Shown here in pieces: positions 1 through 15,791 of a stretch of DNA of 64,000 nucleotides. The position numbers were made by a program, and so were the translations under genes. The DNA is from Eledone cirrhosa (lineage: Eukaryota), in the NCBI GenBank assembly GCA_964016885.1, contig OZ024741.1, positions 358,298,001-358,362,000 of the forward strand. The letters are read 5' to 3'. The notes beneath the pieces are model-generated. The model did no database searches and was not told the DNA's origin. It saw only the letters and a program-made list of their open reading frames with translations. Within the stretch, counting starts at the first letter, position 1. The number at the start of each line of letters is the position of its first letter.

Positions 1-1012
1 CTTATGTTTCAATTGGTGCTTCCATTTCCACACGGTTCTATTGTCTTATTTACAAAAATATATATTTCTATATATTTCTTTATTTATTTCTCTTCTTTTA
101 GTTGTCACCAGTGATGTTTGTCACCAGTGATGTTTGAAGTTCCTTGTATGTTTCTAAGTTGTTAATATTTTAATAAATTAAATTACTTTCTGTCATATTG
201 GAGAAGCTGTGTAAATATTCATTCTTGGTCATATTAAACTACTCGGCACTACAACGGATTGTTTTCTTGCTTTACTTTCTTCGTTTTTTCCGTTCATTGC
301 CAGAGAACGTCTCTATGAACCACCTATAATAAATATATATATATATTTTTGAAAGATGCAAGGGTAGTTATTTAATAACCCCTAGCGTATTTTCATCAGA
401 TGGGGTAAGTAAGAGGGAGACAGTAGTGTTGCTGGCATTAGTGACTGTAAGAAAGCTATGGTATCAAATTACCAGAGGGGTCATATATTTCTTAGAATGG
501 ATTGAATGAACTATTGTTTTTTTTTAATTTCTGGACTTAATTCGACATACTTATGTTTCCAACTTGGGCATTAATAATTGGATAAGGATGTTTCAGTGTA
601 ATTATGTGTGTGTATATATACATATACAAAGAACACGTTTCTATGTTTCTCTACATACACAGTTTGCCTAGCCACCTGTCACCTGTCACCTGCCACATAT
701 AACTAAAAACCAAATCAATAATGTAAAGTTGTACTTAAGCACAAAAGCTTGAAGATGAACACCTCTATGGATACATTATATATGTAACCTGTATTTCTGT
801 GCTTAGACTATAGATTTATAAATACATATAGTGTAAGTATATAGTAATAGTTAAATAATAGATATTTATATTATGAAACAGCAAATATTAGCGGATTTAA
901 GGTGAATCTAACGTAGATATAGTTATAGTTTTATAATTAGAAGCTTCGTTGTGAAAAGTATGAAGTTAAAACACTTTCCATTGATTCTTTTGTACACAAC
1001 AATACGCAAGTG

Positions 1013-1061
1013 ATTGCCATTATGCATTTCGACGATTATTTTCTCGTCATCAGAAGATAAC
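1013..1061 (-). ncRNA. Degenerate minimal type I hammerhead motif
   Basis: rc: gttatctt CTGATGA cga gaaaataa tcg tc GAAA tgca TA atggcaat; palindromic stem III ATGCAT; stem I only partly paired. Confidence 0.45.
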
Positions 1062-1192
1062 TATCCGTAAAATTATGTCTACAGAATAATCTTTCTATAG
1101 CATAGCTATATATGTCAAACAAGTTGTAGAATACATCTGAAATCATCAGTAATAGGTATATTTTTATACTCGTGCATGTATATATATATATA

Positions 1193-2623
1193 CTAGCAGT
1201 GGTACTCGGCGTTGCAGGGGATAAGGTATTTTGGAACGCGGACCGCCAACAGACCTAATCGTGGAAAAACTGCATGCCTGGACAATATGTAAAGAAAATA
1301 AACCGAATACTCTGATGCTATTAGTATTAGGTATGCTTCTCCTTCCACGTGGAGAAAATCGGCTTGGTGCTTTTGTACTTTAATAAAGTGGCATGAGTCA
1401 GCAGGACAGATGTCACCACTTATGTCAGAGGGAAGTCTGCAATGCTTGAGCAAGGCATGACGTGCAATCGGACAGTATGTGGAGCCTTCTCGAAGGAGTT
1501 CATCCCACCTTAGTAAGTAAACGCAACTGGACAAACGTTTACCAAACTGTGGGTATAATTTAACAAATTTAAAGAGGAATGGTGCAATAAAATGGGCCCC
1601 GAGACGTGTGCGCGTTTACTGGCAGCCCCTAAACGAAAGGGTCGCCATCAGCTATTTCAAGGGCCCTTAAAAGGGCCGTGTAAGCCGTTCGTTGACACCC
1701 CACTAAGGAGGGTAACCATCAACAATTTCAAGTGGTGGCCCTAAAAAGGGCCATGTGAGCGTTCACTTGTAGTCCTTAATAGTGACTTTGACTGCGTTCT
1801 CTGACATTTGAAGGAGGGTGTTACGGTTGCTTCCACTGGTAGCCTTTAGAATGAATCAGAATGCGTTCGCGGTCTGTTTAACAGCCATACATTGACACGC
1901 CGAGTGCGAAGCGGAAGGTCCATCTATGAAGGTAGTCACCTGAAGCCGAGGGAAAACGTATTTCAGGTAATAGGCCGTATGAATGGCAACCAGATTGCCT
2001 TAAGAAATGTTGATAACGAACCTACCTCGTCCTTGTGCAAATGCAAGAAGGCAGGATCGACTTTATTTCACTCGCTCCACTAAAAGTTGGATTTTCTTTG
2101 CTCACGGTATGAAGAAGAGACTGACTAATACATAGTTACCGGCTTTCAGTTTTAGTGTTGTTTGAAATATATAAAGAAGTAAGGGTCTGGTGGTACGTAA
2201 GTAAGCGACACTGTGGCTTAAAACGTGAGGAAGAAGTTGTGTGCACTTACCATCTGTTTGGGGAATGAGTGTGAGATTTGTCTTGAGCAAGGGTGGCAGA
2301 ATAACCGGAGGCAGTGGGCCGTAAGTAGAAAATCTGCACGTAGAGGGAATTTTGGGAAGTGACGTAATGCAGACAGCCAGACATACAGACATATATTATA
2401 AGGGCGCGACGTTATATGTATGTATCTATCTAAAAAGAGAAAAACTAAGAATTATAAAGAGAGATCGTTAAATCGCCTAGGGCATTGAAAATTTGAAATA
2501 TTGTTTGCTCAAACACTCACAGGACCATAAGTATTACATGTGTAAAGTTTGAAAACAGTCGGTTGGGTGCTTCTCGAGTTTTAGGGATTCAAACTCACAC
2601 ACACACACAGACAGGTATCCTCA

Positions 2624-2656
<33 letters not shown>
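1193..2656 (-). mobile_element. Non-autonomous Helitron-like element (possibly two adjacent)
   Basis: Minus-strand 3' end CCCCTGCAACGCCGAGT imperfect hairpin followed by CTAG-T at 1193-1196; minus-strand 5' end TATATAAAACTGAGGATACCTGTCTGTGTG typical of invertebrate Helitron-N; a second 5'-like end near 2420. Confidence 0.6.
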
Positions 2657-2661
<5 letters not shown>

Positions 2662-2671
2662 TGAGGATACC

Positions 2672-2715
<44 letters not shown>

Positions 2716-2869
2716 GATATATATATAAAAGAATATGATAAAGATCCTATAACCCTTTGTAGAGTCGTAGAGGCATCGTCATACAGTGTGTCTAGGGCAC
2801 ATTTAAACCTGGTAGAGCCCAACTCTCTCCAGGTCTGAGCACAGACAATGTTTTCTATGGAGGAAGAAT

Positions 2870-3025
2870 TGACCCCAGTACTGGACTGGTACTTTATTTA
2901 TCGACCTCGGAAGGATGAAAGGCAAAGTTGACCATGATGGGATTTGAATTCAGAGCGCACAATGAGGTAGGACGAATACCGTAAAACATTCTATGCAACG
3001 TCTTAACGACTCTGCCAATTCACCT
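2870..3025 (-). mobile_element. tRNA-derived SINE, family A
   Basis: ctggtactttatttatcgacc..ggatgaaaggcaaagttgacc..gggatttgaattcaga core shared with many other copies in the window; B-box-like on minus strand. Confidence 0.8.
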
Positions 3026-3299
3026 TAAGTATATATGGTCTGAACATCCATTGGAAAGCATTGCACCTTTAACTCGTGGAGACATGATCCATGATAATTA
3101 TTACTTAACATTCAGGCAAGAAATAAGATGACCGACGTTACTTTATATGAGATCTCATCAAGCCCAAGGGAGGTTAAATTGTTTTTTTTTGTTATTCTGG
3201 GGAGTAAGTTTATAATTTTGAATGTAATATAATTATCAAAGTGTATGTGTTGTGTGTATATGTATGTTTATGTTTTTTCTGCGTATAATTATATAGATC

Positions 3300-3870
3300 A
3301 TTGTAGTGAAAGCGTGCTTTTATTAAACTGGTGGCTCTGGTGGTGGTTTTGGGGTGATGTTTATTGTCAAAGATGTGTATTTAAGCTACATTAAGTTTCT
3401 GTGGAATATGTGTATGACCAGATGACCGACATAGTGGATTTAGGCGTGTATAAATTAGTAGAATCTTTTGTTCCTGGGCCTGTATACTTCAATGCTGACA
3501 GGAGATGTGAGTTTATGTATGGACATCCTCTAAATATTTCACTTTTTATGTCCAAGTCGTCATTAGATTATTGCAATCTCTGTAATATCCTGAGTTTTTC
3601 ATTTAGGCAAAAATGAGCACCTCTTATAATATAAAAGCCTGACATGTCCAATATATTACATTTAATCGTGTATGGTGTCCTTTTATACTTTAGTTCCCAT
3701 ACTTGGTTTCCTGGTGGCATGGGCGTTTTCATTTGCTGATGTCTGAATGACGTGATACGTGAGTAGTACTATTGTTTAAAACAAATTTATGTTATACCCA
3801 CATATCGTTCACTAATCTCTGTATGGTTGGCTGCATTTGGTGTCATGATGGATTCGCACACAATCGATCT
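3300..3870 (-). pseudogene. Penelope-like element 3' relic (GIY-YIG C-terminus and 3' region)
   Basis: Frameshifted minus-strand translation KRCxFCLNEKLRIL...LDIKSEIFRGCPY matches the PLE C-terminal CxLCxxEK...LNxRSE..C pattern; 3772-3863 recurs inverted at 4592-4686. Confidence 0.55.
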
Positions 3871-4462
3871 GACATTGCATTTTTGTTGCAGAGTGCATCC
3901 ACCCTTTCTGTTGCATGGTCATCCTGGGTTTACATCAGGTTCTTTATTGTTTGTTACCCTTATCCTCATCGAAGGTCTACAGGAGTAGCTGATTTTCATT
4001 GCCTGCTGGTTGAAAAGTTTTACTATATATATATATATATATATATTGAGAGGGAATGTTTGTCTAATAAGAATTTTATGCCTACGTTAGTCTTCAGTGC
4101 AAGTTTGTTTTGAGTAGTGGTGATAGGTATATATTTAATTTCATCCTTGAAGTCGTTATCTGCAAGTGACATGTATGTATGTATGTATGTATGTATGTAT
4201 GTATGTATGTATGTATGTATGTATGTATGTATGCATTTATGTATGTGCATAAAGACAAACATACACTTAAGCGCATTGAAATGTACATGAAAAGCTGTTT
4301 CTTACACACACACACAGACACACACACACATACACACGCATACACGCGTATACACAGGCAACACACACACACACACACACATATAGATATACAAACATAA
4401 TAAATTTATTGAAGAGACGTTAGTTGTCATGGTCAAATGGCCACTACATTGTAGCTTCTTTC

Positions 4463-4493
<31 letters not shown>

Positions 4494-4680
4494 ACAAAGA
4501 AGATGTGGTAAGACACCACTACTCCATGTTTGTATCTAGCTGTCGAAACAGCCGGAGCTCAGCCGTCGGGGTCCTGACTCTTTTCCCTATATATTGTGTG
4601 TGAATCCATCATTACACCAGATGCAGCCAACCATACAGAGATTAGTGAACGATATGTGGGTATAACATAAATCCGTTTTA

Positions 4681-4716
<36 letters not shown>

Positions 4717-5159
4717 GTCGGAGAGGAACGGTACGGATAACTCCGACGGATAACTTCCCCCCGGAAAACCCCCCAGTTGATGGATCCGAATCCGAAATAT
4801 AGGGACAATTAAATCTCTCCCGAGGTAACTCTATCTCGTGTTATTATTTTTATTTTTTACGCTCTTTCCTACATTCATCTACACACTATACATCTCATTC
4901 TACATTCCCTTACATCTCTCTCTTCACCACCGGATTCTGTTACCCGGCAATTTACCCATCTGCATTGTTGAGGCTTCCAAAACGCCCCCCCCCCATCTTA
5001 TTATTCCACAATGCTTCAAGCAAACTTCAATACTCTCATGTATAGTAATAATAATAATATTTATACTTATATATGAGTTATATATAATTATAAATATGGA
5101 GGGTAGTACTAAGCACTAGTCAATTACCAGTAAGAGAAAAGTTTCAATGTAAATTATCA

Positions 5160-6454
5160 AATGTATTATAGAGCCGAGATACAAAATATAAAACAATCAA
5201 ATCTTAGTTTAATACATTTAATTTCTGACAATTGTTTCTTCCAGAAGAATGTCTGGAATCATCGGAGCATACACAATGTTCAAATATTTTATAATTTTAT
5301 ATTTTATAAATATTAATTTTTAATAGATGGACCGTGGCAAGTGGAGAGATGCTGTGTTGAATAGGACCCGTCCAACCCTTGCAAGCAGGGAAAAGCGGAC
5401 GTAAAATGATGATGATGATGAACACCATTTAATGAATGATAATTTTTAATAGATAATGAACAATAATTTAGAATAATAAAACAACCCTTCTTTTATTGTC
5501 AACCTTAATACTTCCTTAATTACCTCCATTTGTTAGAAACTCCCTTTATGAATATCGTTCCCCTTATTTTTAAAAATTTCAAAACGTTAAAATAATTTAA
5601 CGACATTTTTACCATTAGACTTCGTCTAATAACTATAAATAGAACTCGTACATAAAGCAAAGTGAACTATTTCTTAATAGAAAATTTAAAGATAGGAATG
5701 CATTGCATAATATATTTCCTATATTAACATGGCTAGTAATACAGTGGAATTAATCTTTACTACACACATATTTTTAAACTGTACACATCTCAAACACATT
5801 ACAACTAAAATTAAAAACATTCCATGTACACTACATTTGCTTTACACCCAACATATACATTTATACACGAACTCTAATATAAAATTCCTTGAATTACAAT
5901 TACCTATCTTATTTACTTACGTTTTTTGCATTACACATTAAATAACATCTATTGACTTTATCATTACATATTCCTTTACCATAATGCATGCCATTTTTAA
6001 CATTTTTAACATTTTAAACATTTTTAACACTTTTAACACTTTTAACATGCATTAACATTCTGTATGAAATCTGCTTTATTTATTTATTTTTGCATTACAC
6101 ACCCTTAATATTACCTGCTTTTCAATACTATGATATATTTTCTCTAACACCTTTTTTGCTTAGTATCTGTTGCACATGTATTACCTTAAAGAATATCTTT
6201 ATATATAATATGCTTAATATTTCACTTTTCACCATTGTTCCTTATACTGTGATATCTATAACACAACATCTTTTTGTAACTCCTGCTCTTCTATTTGATG
6301 TCACTGACACTGTCAATAGTTATGTACATTTATCAATGTTCTGAAGACTATGATTATAATTACCTGTTTAAACATTGTGTATGCTCCGTTGAATCCAGAC
6401 ATTCGACAGGAAGAAACAATTGTCAGCAAACTAAGATTTGATTGTTTTATATTT

Positions 6455-6460
<6 letters not shown>
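5160..6460. mobile_element. PLE-like inverted-arm element with degenerate hammerheads in both arms
   Basis: 5175-5285 is the reverse complement of 6368-6460; both contain tgct CCG(A/T)TGA ..stem II.. GAAA caattg TC ag; about 1.1 kb AT-rich spacer. Confidence 0.55.
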
Positions 6461-6489
<29 letters not shown>

Positions 6490-6493
<4 letters not shown>

Positions 6494-6676
6494 CAAAGTA
6501 ATTGTGGTAAGGAACCAGATAGACGATAACGCACCAGAGTACTCAATACTTAGGGTAGTAGAGTGGGAAATAGGAAAAAGTATGACCCCGACGGCAGAGC
6601 TCAAGCCGTTTCGACGGCTATTTCTGGACAAAGCCGTCGAAACGGCTTGAGCTCTGCCGTCGGGGTCATACTTTTT

Positions 6677-6680
<4 letters not shown>
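6490..6680. repeat. Foldback cassette in (TA)n carrying 3' half of a hammerhead (family also at 4492-4590 and 24463-24666)
   Basis: 6567-6623 inverted at 6630-6680; GAAAcggc-ttgagctct-gccgTC gggg forms stem III plus a GUC site. Confidence 0.7.
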
Positions 6681-6728
<48 letters not shown>

Positions 6729-6769
6729 TATATATATATATGTATGTATATATATATCACCTTGATCAC

Positions 6770-6996
6770 CTTGACCGACCAGTCTGTCGGGCGCCAATCA
6801 GCGCCGCTGGTCACAGCACGTCGTGCTGTTTTAGCCATAAGATAACGTCACCCCACTGGCTGGGCGGGCAGGTTGGTACTCATTTCTACAGCTGAGTAAA
6901 CTGGAGCAACGTGAAATAAAGTGAAGCAACACATCACCCGGTCCGAGAATCGAACTCACAACCTCACGATTGTAAGCCCTACGCTTTAACCACCAA
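6770..6996 (-). mobile_element. tRNA-derived SINE, family B
   Basis: rc tggtggttaaagcgtagggc (A box)...gtgagttcgattctc (B box)...ttgctccagtttactcagctgtagaaatgagtacc core. Confidence 0.8.
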
Positions 6997-7059
6997 GAAA
7001 CACACGCACGCACACACACGCATATATATATATGCGTGTGTGTGTGTGTGTGCGTGTGT

Positions 7060-7507
<448 letters not shown>

Positions 7508-7861
7508 TGTGTGCGTGTGCGTGTGTGTGTGTGTGTTTGTTTGAGTGTGTGTCTAGCAACCGAAGTAAAATACACAGTTAGAGCATTGGGTTCAAAATCG
7601 GTTCTTTGTCTTCTTGAGCAAGACATTTTATTTCACTTTGTTCAAGTTCACTCAGCTGGAAAAAATGAGTTGTGACGTCACTGATGCTACGAATCAATCA
7701 GTTATAATTAATTAACAATTATTCACACAATATACTCAACTCCTACATATCATCAGGATCATTAAGAGGGATTGAATTCAACACAAACACGCATCAAGAA
7801 CTTTAGCAAGTACTGAATATAACCAAGCAATGAAAAAAGCAGGTGAAGTGGGTGTGTAGCG

Positions 7862-8232
7862 GTCTCTAGACAAAGGGAAGTAGCTAGAGTTACTTCCCGT
7901 AGAATTTCTAGAACATTCCTTGAACTTCCGTTCCAGAGATTATAAAAGAAAGAGTAAAGGGCAATCTCTCTCTCTTGCAGCTTGACCTTGCTAAGGTAAA
8001 CACCAATTCTTCTTTTGCTCCGCAAGGCACGAACAATATGTAACGACAAAACATTACTACAGGCCTGGCCAACGCCTCAGCCAGTCGACCGTACCATCTC
8101 TTGCAATCTTAATTGGTTTATTTCATTTCTTTTGGCATGCCAGCTTAATCCACCTCTTAACCTTTGTTAATAAATTATGTAAAACCATGCTAAAGTCTTG
8201 GTGATATAGCTATTATTATCTTTCTGCTAAAG
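7862..8232. repeat. Dispersed ~370-bp repeat, copy 1
   Basis: Near-identical direct copy at 9283-9683; family unassigned. Confidence 0.85.
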
Positions 8233-9282
8233 ATGATGACCCCTCGTGTTGATAAATCCATTATTATATTTTATTGCTTAAATGCTGACCCCCGACAGAG
8301 GAGTATTTCAGTACGAAATACTCCTTTTAAATAATAAAAAAAAATTAATTAGCAGTATTTTCAATAACATTTTCGTACACCTCACGTGTTGTATCATCTA
8401 AATGTGTCTCACTCACTGGATATATATTTCGTTACATCTTTCATTTTCGGTAGCCATGTCTCTTTCGTAATTTTCCAGCGCAAAAGAAATGTTTTCAACT
8501 TCAATTTCACCTTGTACTAGCACGTGTGTAGTGCACAAATCTCGACTCACTGCGATCCCATGCTTTGCTATTTCTTTTCAAGGATTTCATCAGCCCAAGC
8601 TATTTTTTGTATTTGCCAGTAAAAAAATTGCGACACTACAATGTCCTAAATTGGAGTTAGTTACTGTGCTCGTTTCTATGGTCGCAACTTCATCTGGACT
8701 TAAACAGATCAACGCTCAACCGCAACACTCACCATCAATTTTGGCTGTTTTTTCTGACACTTTGCGCAACAGTTTTTCTGGGATCTTCTAACTGTGAATG
8801 AGTTGTTTCCCTTGAAACAACTTCAAAAAGGCTCTGCGATCCACATACCACACAACCTTATGTCACACGAGGTGTAAAATGGCCACGTAAACTGTCAAAA
8901 ACTATATACATTTAACCCCTAGTGGCATTAACAAACTTTTTTTTTCAGTTTCAGATAGAATTAATGTCAGAAAAGTCTGTACACTGGTGATGTATGAACT
9001 ATTTGATTTTGAAGAAACTTTGAACTTACCATTGAGCATTAATTTTTCTCTGCTCCTTTATGTTAACTTTGAATTATCAGTTTTGTTACATTTACATTTT
9101 TTCTTTGTAAAATGCATTTACTTGTTTTGTGCTTTTTTGCTATTTGCTTCAGTTGCGAGCTCATGTTTTATTCATGCACTTTCTTGTACCTTTGCTTTGC
9201 TCCTCATTCTTACGGGTTCTCGCTACAATGACCTTCGGTTGGTTATTCGACTTCTCGTCTGAGAGGGGAGTCTTGTAGTGCT

Positions 9283-9683
9283 CTCTAGACGAAGGGAAGT
9301 AGGATAGAGTTACTTCCCGTAGAATTTCTAGAACATTCCTTGAACTTCCGTTCCAGAGATTATAAAAGAAAGAGCAAAGGGCAATTTCTTTCTCTTGCAG
9401 CTTGACCTTGCTAAAGTAAACACCAATTCTTCTTTTGCTCCGCAAGCACGAACAATATGTAACGACAAAACATTACTACAGGCCTGGCCAACGCCTCAGC
9501 CAGTCGACCGTACCTTCTCTTGCAATCTTAATTGGTTTATTTCATTTCTTTTGGCATGCCAGCTTAATCCACCTCTTAACCTTTGTTAATAAATTATGTA
9601 AAAACATGCTAAAGTCTTGGTGATATATCTATTATATCTTATTGCTAAAATGGTTATATAGCTATTATTATCTTTCTGCTAAA
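9283..9683. repeat. Dispersed ~370-bp repeat, copy 2
   Basis: Direct copy of 7862-8232. Confidence 0.85.
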
Positions 9684-9806
9684 GGTGAAAGTAGAGGTGT
9701 GGTAATTATAGTAAAATTGTATTTTTTTAGGCTTATGAGGCATAAGGCAGTAGAGATTTTTTTCGTGCAACCGTTGGAAAAACAACCGGACATTGGTGAC
9801 ATGCTG

Positions 9807-9865
<59 letters not shown>

Positions 9866-9868
<3 letters not shown>

Positions 9869-10212
9869 AGGCACATGGCTTAGTGGTTAGGGTATTGGTC
9901 TTGCAATCGAAAGGTTGTGAGTTCAATTCTCAGACTGTGTGATGTGTTGTTTCCTTGAGCAAGACACTTTATTTCACATTGCTCCAGTTTACTCAGCTGT
10001 AGAAATGAGATGATAGGGACTGGGGTCCATATCATTCCACTGCAAAGTGGTCGTGGAGGTGCCACGGCAAAAAAGCACCCAGCACTCACTGTAAATGAGG
10101 TTGGTGTTAGGAAGGGCATCCAGCTGTAGAAATCAAGCCAGAATCAGTTCCCGTCCCACCCTTGCAAGCAGGGAAAAGCAGACGTAAAAATGATGATGAT
10201 GATGATGATGAT
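9866..10212 (+). mobile_element. tRNA-derived SINE family B head joined to an RTE-type tail ending in (GAT)n
   Basis: ggcacatggcttagtggttagg..gagttcaattc head; tail ttaggaagggcatccagc...cccttgcaagcagggaaaagcagacgtaaaaatgatgat, also at 5325-5420. Confidence 0.75.
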
Positions 10213-10214
10213 AT

Positions 10215-10322
<108 letters not shown>

Positions 10323-10662
10323 GACGACGACCCAAAATATACAATAGTAATTGAGTAGTTTTTGCATTAATAGATGTGTAAGAGGAGCAGAAACAGAAAG
10401 CATCTTGATAGCTGACAGAGAGCAAAATTAACATGGGTAGCGGTAAATTCAAAACGGAAAAGCGGAGTAACGTCTTCAGGGCGGTGTATTTAGGCGTAAA
10501 GTAATCTGTTTAATTATGTCTGATGTGATCAAGTATCATTACGTTACTCAATTGATTAAGAATCATCGTGTAATAAACGGTGTTGGTTTAGGAAAGTGAC
10601 TGGTTGACATAAGAATCTATGTTAGTTCAACTGTGTGGATTCATAATTTGACGTAGACATGC

Positions 10663-12650
<1,988 letters not shown>

Positions 12651-12767
12651 ATATATATATATATATGTAAATATGATAATAATGGAGCTGCGGCGTTGCA
12701 AATGGGATACATATGAAAAAGTGAGTCCTTCATCAGTGACCCTCCAACTGTCCTCGGCATTTCATCG

Positions 12768-13557
<790 letters not shown>

Positions 13558-13999
13558 ATACATACATACATACATATATACATATATAAACATACATACA
13601 CATATATACATACATACACATGGTGACGGCCACTACTTTATATCCATGTAGGAGAACCCCTACCGATGCGCTGAACGATACATACACATATATACATATA
13701 TATATATATACATATATACACATATATATATATACACATATATATATATACATACATATATATAGATATACACATATATATATATACATATATATATATA
13801 CATACACATACACATACATATACATACATATATATATACATATATATATACATACATATATATACATACACATATACATATATACACATATATATATACA
13901 TACAAATATACATACATACATATATATATACATACATATATACATACATACATACATACATACATACATACATACATACATACATACATACATACACAT

Positions 14000-14105
14000 A
14001 TGGTCTGTTGGAGATGCAGGATATGGCAGCGATAATGAGGGACAGAGACCGCTGGAGAGAACTCGTCCATGGATCTCGGGAATTTTACCCGCCCTAGATA
14101 GATAG
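14000..14105 (+). mobile_element. RTE/RTEX-like LINE 3' fragment
   Basis: Reads ..[23 protein letters not shown].., a typical RTE C-terminal DRxxWR motif, followed by a (TAGA)n tail. Confidence 0.55.
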
Positions 14106-14330
14106 ATATATATACATACATACACATATATATACATATATACATACATAGACATATACATATATACATACATATATATATACATACATATATACATATA
14201 CAGTATATATACATACACATATATACATATATATATACATACATATATATATACATACATACACACATACATACATATATATATACATACATATATACAT
14301 ACATACATATATATATACATACATATATAT

Positions 14331-14361
<31 letters not shown>

Positions 14362-14466
14362 GATGTAAATATAATGTATTTTGCAATACACTTTATGCTT
14401 AATTAAAAGCATTTTGAAGACCGTAAGCTATTGTTTTAAAGTAGTGACAAATTCACTCACTTCGAT

Positions 14467-14554
14467 CTCAGCAAACAGGAGGAGATAAGCCGACATGACA
14501 TGTTTCGCTTTTGTTGAAGCTTATCAAGGCCAACTACCCCGCCCGTCTGCTGAG
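14467..14554 (-). ncRNA. Type I hammerhead ribozyme (U3-A8 variant)
   Basis: Reverse complement of 14791-14878. Confidence 0.75.
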
Positions 14555-14790
14555 ATTAATGATGTTATATTCTTATAGAAATCTAGTAAATAATCAGGAG
14601 CTGATTATGCAGAGCGGTTGTTGGTCAGGCAGAAATTAAAAATTAGAATTGTAGCTCTGAAATAGCAATATATATATGGATGTAAATATAATGTATTTTG
14701 CAATACACTTTATGCTTAATTAAAAGCATTTTGAAGACCGTAAGCTCCTGATTATTTACTAGATTTCTATAAGAATATAACATCATTAAT

Positions 14791-14878
14791 CTCAGCAGAC
14801 GGGCGGGGTAGTTGGCCTTGATAAGCTTCAACAAAAGCGAAACATGTCATGTCGGCTTATCTCCTCCTGTTTGCTGAG
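14791..14878 (+). ncRNA. Type I hammerhead ribozyme (U3-A8 variant)
   Basis: ggcc TTGATAA gctt-caacaa-aagc GAAA catgtcatg TC ggct; long distal stem I ctcagcagacggg/cctgtttgctgag; predicted cleavage after C14853. Confidence 0.8.
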
Positions 14879-15107
14879 ATCGAAGTGAGTGAATTTGTCA
14901 CTACTTTAAAACAATAGCTTACGGTCTTCAAAATGCTTTTAATTAAGCATAAAGTGTATTGCAAAATACATTATATTTACATCCATATATATATTGCTAT
15001 TTCAGAGCTACAATTCTAATTTTTAATTTCTGCCTGACCAACAACCGCTCTGCATAATCAGCTCCTGATTATTTACTAGATTTCTATAAGAATATTACAT
15101 CATTAAT

Positions 15108-15195
15108 CTCAGCAGACGGGCGGGGTAGTTGGCCTTGATAAGCTTCAACAAAAGCGAAACATGTCATGTCGGCTTATCTCCTCCTGTTTGCTGAG
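15108..15195 (+). ncRNA. Type I hammerhead ribozyme (U3-A8 variant), next tandem unit
   Basis: Same motif as 14791-14878, +317 bp. Confidence 0.8.
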
Positions 15196-15424
15196 ATCGA
15201 AGTGAGTGAATTTGTCACTACTTTAAAACAATAGCTTACGGTCTTCAAAATGCTTTTAATTAAGCATAAAGTGTATTGCAAAATACATTATATTTACATC
15301 CATATATATATTGCTATTTCAGAGCTACAATTCTAATTTTTAATTTCTGCCTGACCAACAACCGCTCTGCATAATCAGCTCCTGATTATTTACTAGATTT
15401 CTATAAGAATATAACATCATTAAT

Positions 15425-15512
15425 CTCAGCAGACGGGCGGGATAGTTGGCCTTGATAAGCTTCAACAAAAGCGAAACATGTCATGTCGGCTTATCTCCTC
15501 CTGTTTGCTGAG
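15425..15512 (+). ncRNA. Type I hammerhead ribozyme (U3-A8 variant), last tandem unit
   Basis: Same motif as 14791-14878, +634 bp. Confidence 0.8.
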
Positions 15513-15647
15513 ATCGAAGTGAGTGAATTTGTCACTACTTTAAAACAATAGCTTACGGTCTTCAAAATGCTTTTAATTAAGCATAAAGTGTATTGCAAAA
15601 TACATTATATTTACATCCATATATATATTGCTATTTCAGAACTACAA

Positions 15648-15685
<38 letters not shown>

Positions 15686-15791
15686 TATACATATACATAC
15701 ATATATACATACATACATATATACATACATATATATATACATATATACATACATACATATATATATATACATATATACATACATACATATA

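Larger units (their letters stand above)
14361..15654. mobile_element. Retrozyme-like array of a 317-bp hammerhead-containing monomer (1.2 units minus, then 2.9 units plus)
   Basis: Period 317 seen on both strands (gatgtaaat at 14362/14679; agctcctgatt at 14743/15060/15377); strand switch at AGCT 14743-14746; flanked by (TA)n. Confidence 0.9.

Noticed and set aside
8360-8905. DNA transposon with short inverted ends
   Set aside because: Inverted match is weak, with no TSD and no recognisable transposase motif
14743-15654. CRISPR array or plain satellite
   Set aside because: No unique spacers, eukaryotic context; the unit is 317 bp and carries a ribozyme fold
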